NCBI GenBank assembly: GCA_020137815.1
Contig: CM035350.1
Location: forward strand, 9,238,001 to 9,302,000
DNA from: Hormiphora californensis
Taxonomy: Eukaryota; Animalia; Ctenophora
Length of the DNA: 64,000 nt
Direction of reading: 5' to 3'
The notes under the pieces are model-generated. The model did not search any database. It was not told the origin of the DNA and was given only the letters and a program-made list of their open reading frames with translations. Shown in pieces: positions 26,975-64,000 of this stretch (position 1 is the stretch's first letter; every line of letters begins with the position of its first letter). Both the position numbers and the translations under genes were made by a program.

Positions 26975-29533
26975 CCTGGACCCACCCTCCCAACAGCACA
27001 ATGTAGGGTGTTTATCATTCAAGGTATATCTTGTGTGACTCACACCGTCATTTTATTTGTGAGGGTTCGGTAGATCAAGGTATATCGAGGGCTGTTAAAT
27101 CAAGCGGGAAATTTTTGGGTTGTAAAAAGTTTTTTGGGCAAGTTTGATATTTGGCAAAACCCTTTGGAAAAACCTCCATGCCCCATCTGTTCCAGCCGAT
27201 GACCCCCTTTGCGTTTTTAAAACCACACCTTTTTTGACCCACCCAAAATACTATATTTACAAAGTTTTTGGAAATTGGACACAAAAACGGTTTATGTTGC
27301 CTAATTTTCCAAATTCCCTATCTCCCCTTAAAAAAACCCCCCCCCCCAAAAAAAAAAAAAAAAACCCCCCCCCCCCCCCCCCCCCTTTTTTACTTTAATA
27401 TGATGGGAGTGGGGGTAATGTAAAGAAAAGAAGTACCTGCCTAAGAGGATCATTAGGAGGGAAAAGCTAGCCGTGAAGAGGTCGGGTGAAGCTTTTACTT
27501 TTTAAAGGTTTTAATAACAGGACATATAAAAAAGAAAAATTTAAAAAACTGAGAATTTTTTAGGGAAATTTGGAATCCTATTTCCAACATATGATGTGTA
27601 AAAAATTTTGCAAATTTTTGTTCGATGAATCATAGAATTTTGGAATTTGGAAATTTTTCCCCCCTTTTTAAAAAGTTTCCCCTAAATTTTAAATTCTATT
27701 TTTCCTTTTCCCCCCCCTTTCCCCCTTTTAAAAACACCAAAAAACCAAACCCCCAAAAAAAAACCCCAAAAAACAAAAAAAAATTCCCAAAAACCTTCTC
27801 AAAAACCTTTTTTACCCCTTTCCCTTTTCTTTTTTATACCCTCTCTCTCCCTCCCTCTTCCTAGTTCTGATGATTGTCTTTAAAATAGTTTTGTAGGCTG
27901 TTCGAAATTTCTTAGGTCAGTCGCATAGCCTACTGCCTAACTTGAATCCTATGTAACCTCATCTCACTCTCTCCCTTAAACTAGGAGAATACCTCTTTCC
28001 ATCTATGCATCCCCTTTTGCATCCCCTTGCTGGTTTAAATTTTGGCCCCGTGCTGGTTTTATTTGGGCCCCCTTCCCTGGATAATTTGGCCATGTATGTG
28101 TTGTACTACAGTATAAACGACAGGCACCACATGAACTGCAGTGTGAAAAGGGACAGTAGTAGTAGTAGTAGTAGAAAGACACCCTTTTTAGTATAACTGT
28201 ATAAATAAAGATGACGCATTATTGTAGTGGGTATAACTGGCCGATAAAGTAGCAAACCCCTTTAAGTAGATGATCATGGACGTTTTAAATTTGTTAATGT
28301 ACGCCCCCCCTTTGGTTTGGTTGTCTGGTTTTCCCCCCTTTTAACGACAATCAAATCACTTTGCCCCCAAGGGGGAGGGGAAAGGGAGCTTCATTGTACC
28401 CACCCCTTACTATATAGCTAGTGTCCTCGTAGAAGAAAAAGATCACATTGCCCAATAACAAAATGGGTTTTTTTTAAATAATATATTGATTTGGGGGTGG
28501 TGAAAGTTGTGGGGGGGGTGGAGGGGCAGGAACAAAAAAGTTATAGGATGGTAACAACACCACACAATTCACCACCCCTTGTTTTTTTTTCTAAGTGTGA
28601 TTATGATGGGAAATGGGGGGGTAGAGAGGGAGATAGTGGTGGGAGAGAAGATAGAGAGGGGGGAGAGAGTAGAGGGGAGGAGAGGGGAAAAAGCCCCATT
28701 TTGGGTGCTGGTTTTTAGGGCAAAACATGCCCATTCTTTTGGGACCCCCGCCCGTTTGCACAGAGCCAAAACCTTTCCTCCTCCTTCTCCCCTTCTTTCC
28801 CCCCTCTCCCTTTTTTCTCCTCTCTCTCTCTCCTTCGCTTCCCCCGTGTGCTGGGATTTGTGTACCGGATCCCCGGCCCCCAAACGATCACCCCTTTTTT
28901 CCCCCCCAAAGGGAAAAAAGCTCACCACCAAAAAGTCCTTTATTTGGTTAATCTTTTTTGTTTTGGTCATACTCTCCATTTTTTTTCCTCTCTCTCTCTC
29001 TATCCATCTCTCTATCCCTATTTCTAACCCTCTTTCCATCTCATATTCATTCTTCGTAGCTTTTACTCTGTTTCCCGCCACTCTATCATAGAATCATTTT
29101 GATCATTTTTGGCCACTTTAGTCCCGTAACAACTCAAAGTCACACAAGTTATAAAGAAAGGATGAAACCCTATTAGAATAATCTACGTTAATTAGTTAGT
29201 TAGTTAATAGAATCATCTGAGTAGGTTCTAACGAGTAGCATACTTGCCATTATTATTATACTATGGTAACCACAAGTACCTCACCATTATTGGCCCCTCA
29301 ATCTCAGCTACTACTACGCGTGTATAATAGTGGGGGGTTAGCAACTAATATAGTGGATTATATAGTGAAGCAGAGCTCCTCCCAATGGTGGGGTACTACC
29401 TCAGTACAACATCGCTATTACATATGCTATGTGTTTCCTGTTCCTAAGATCCTTGCAGAAATATATATATGCAAATTGCAACTGACTGGCCCCCTCGCAT
29501 TAGAGCTGAGAGAGGGAGAGAGAGAAGGGGAGG

Positions 29534-29641
<108 letters not shown>

Positions 29642-29983
29642 TAGATTGCACTGTTGTACGAAAGTTGTTAGCAGCAGTATAGCCCCCCCTCATACAGGAA
29701 GGGGGATCCCTAATATAATCCCCCTCTCTCTCTATCTTTCTTTATCTTTCTTTCCCATTTATTATATGCAATACTATGTCCGACTCTTTCTCTTCGTAGC
29801 CCCTAATTTGTGACTTTAATACTTTCGAGAGGGGCCGAGCTTCCGGCGATATAGCCTATACTTGTCCCGCTCTTTCTCTCTTCTTAATCTCTCCCTCAGG
29901 GACCCCCTCCCTTTCTCTCTATCACTTCCCGATTGCACATATATATTCTTTGTTGCTTGCCCCTCCCCCTCCAAACATTCTCC

Positions 29984-63040
<33,057 letters not shown>

Positions 63041-63762
63041 GTATCAGGGCTGCTTCACAGGACGCAATATAATGGACACCCCCCACACTTCACACTTCAC
63101 ACATCCTGGTTTTTGTTACCATGGAGACATCATTGCGTCCTGGGGAGCGGCCCGCCCGGTAAGTATTCCCCGCTCTCACACTGCACCTCACTATCTAGAG
63201 CAAGGAGGAGAAGAGCGATAGGAAGGATAGCAGCCCGGGAGAGCTTCCCTTCCTCCCGAAGGTCCAGACACCCCGCATGTTCATTACTTTCACAGGTAGT
63301 GAGATATCGTGAATTGTGTAGCTTGCTGCCCTTCTCGCTCCCTCCCTACCTGGAACACGTCGAGTCTTGTTGTTGCTATGGTAACTAGTTGGTAGCCATG
63401 TTGATGTCGTCTCCAGTTGCTATGGTAACGTTGATAACCGTATTGATGTCGTCTCCAGATTTTTATATCGCGATATGTGTGATCAGTGATGTCAATTGAT
63501 GTCCAGAGTAACATCTCTGCTCAGTGTTGTAATTATATTTGGCCCGTTCCATAATCCTCTATTATGCTTCCCCGCCACCGCCGCTGCGTGAAAATCTAAC
63601 TAACTGCTGCTGCTTTTGATTCAGCTCCCCTCCGTGTTACCCGCGTTTTTGTTGTACAGAAATTAGTAATAATAATCGTGGTGTGCCTCATTAAACGACA
63701 GATACAACATCTGTATCTTTGTATCGTTCGTCTACCAGAGATAGTTTCGTGAGTCTCTTTCT

Positions 63763-63871
63763 CAGGAACCGACCGAATCAGGGAATACTGGTCCCTGATT
63801 GGCTGATAACCAGTCACGTGACCTAAACAACGAGTTCTGATTGGTTGTTTACTTGTTTCGGTCGGTTCCTG
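63763..63871. mobile_element. hAT-type MITE (109 bp)
   Basis: 15-bp TIR CAGGAACCGACCGAA / TTCGGTCGGTTCCTG; 8-bp TSD CTCTTTCT at 63755-63762 and 63872-63879. Confidence 0.9.
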
Positions 63872-64000
63872 CTCTTTCTCTACATACCACTCGTCGTGTT
63901 GTTCCCTCTCTGATGATATCCCTCCATTATACCGATCTGTTTATAGTGATACGTTTCCCCGAGAGATCTGCTGAACATTGAACTTGTGGTGACTGCTCTT

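Overview
Intron-rich animal genomic DNA with GT-AG introns and abundant (GA)n tracts. The repeat landscape suggests a ctenophore such as Pleurobrachia, but this is unverified recall. Four protein-coding genes can be assembled by hand: (1) cyclin J on the minus strand, running off the left edge; (2) a complete 11-exon Cdt1 replication-licensing factor on the plus strand (10835-24093); (3) a TRPC-like cation channel with an intronless CDS and no ankyrin repeats, nested antisense inside a Cdt1 intron and carrying two frameshifts; (4) a type-I (DysF-containing, myoferlin/dysferlin-like) ferlin from about 29984 running off the right edge, with several candidate alternative first exons. Introns hold many mobile elements: two LINEs, an RNase H retroelement fragment flanked by a long duplication, a 3-kb foldback element, pogo/Tc1-like MITEs (one nested in its own family), a hAT MITE, a TIR element containing a tRNA-like segment, and a Helitron. 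Tandem repeats built from splice-acceptor units and long hairpins also recur. Several blocks (about 4330-10800, 14970-15900, 26000-28950, 38910-39970 and 44780-46850) are homopolymer-corrupted low-quality consensus, and their G/K/F/P-rich ORFs are artefacts.
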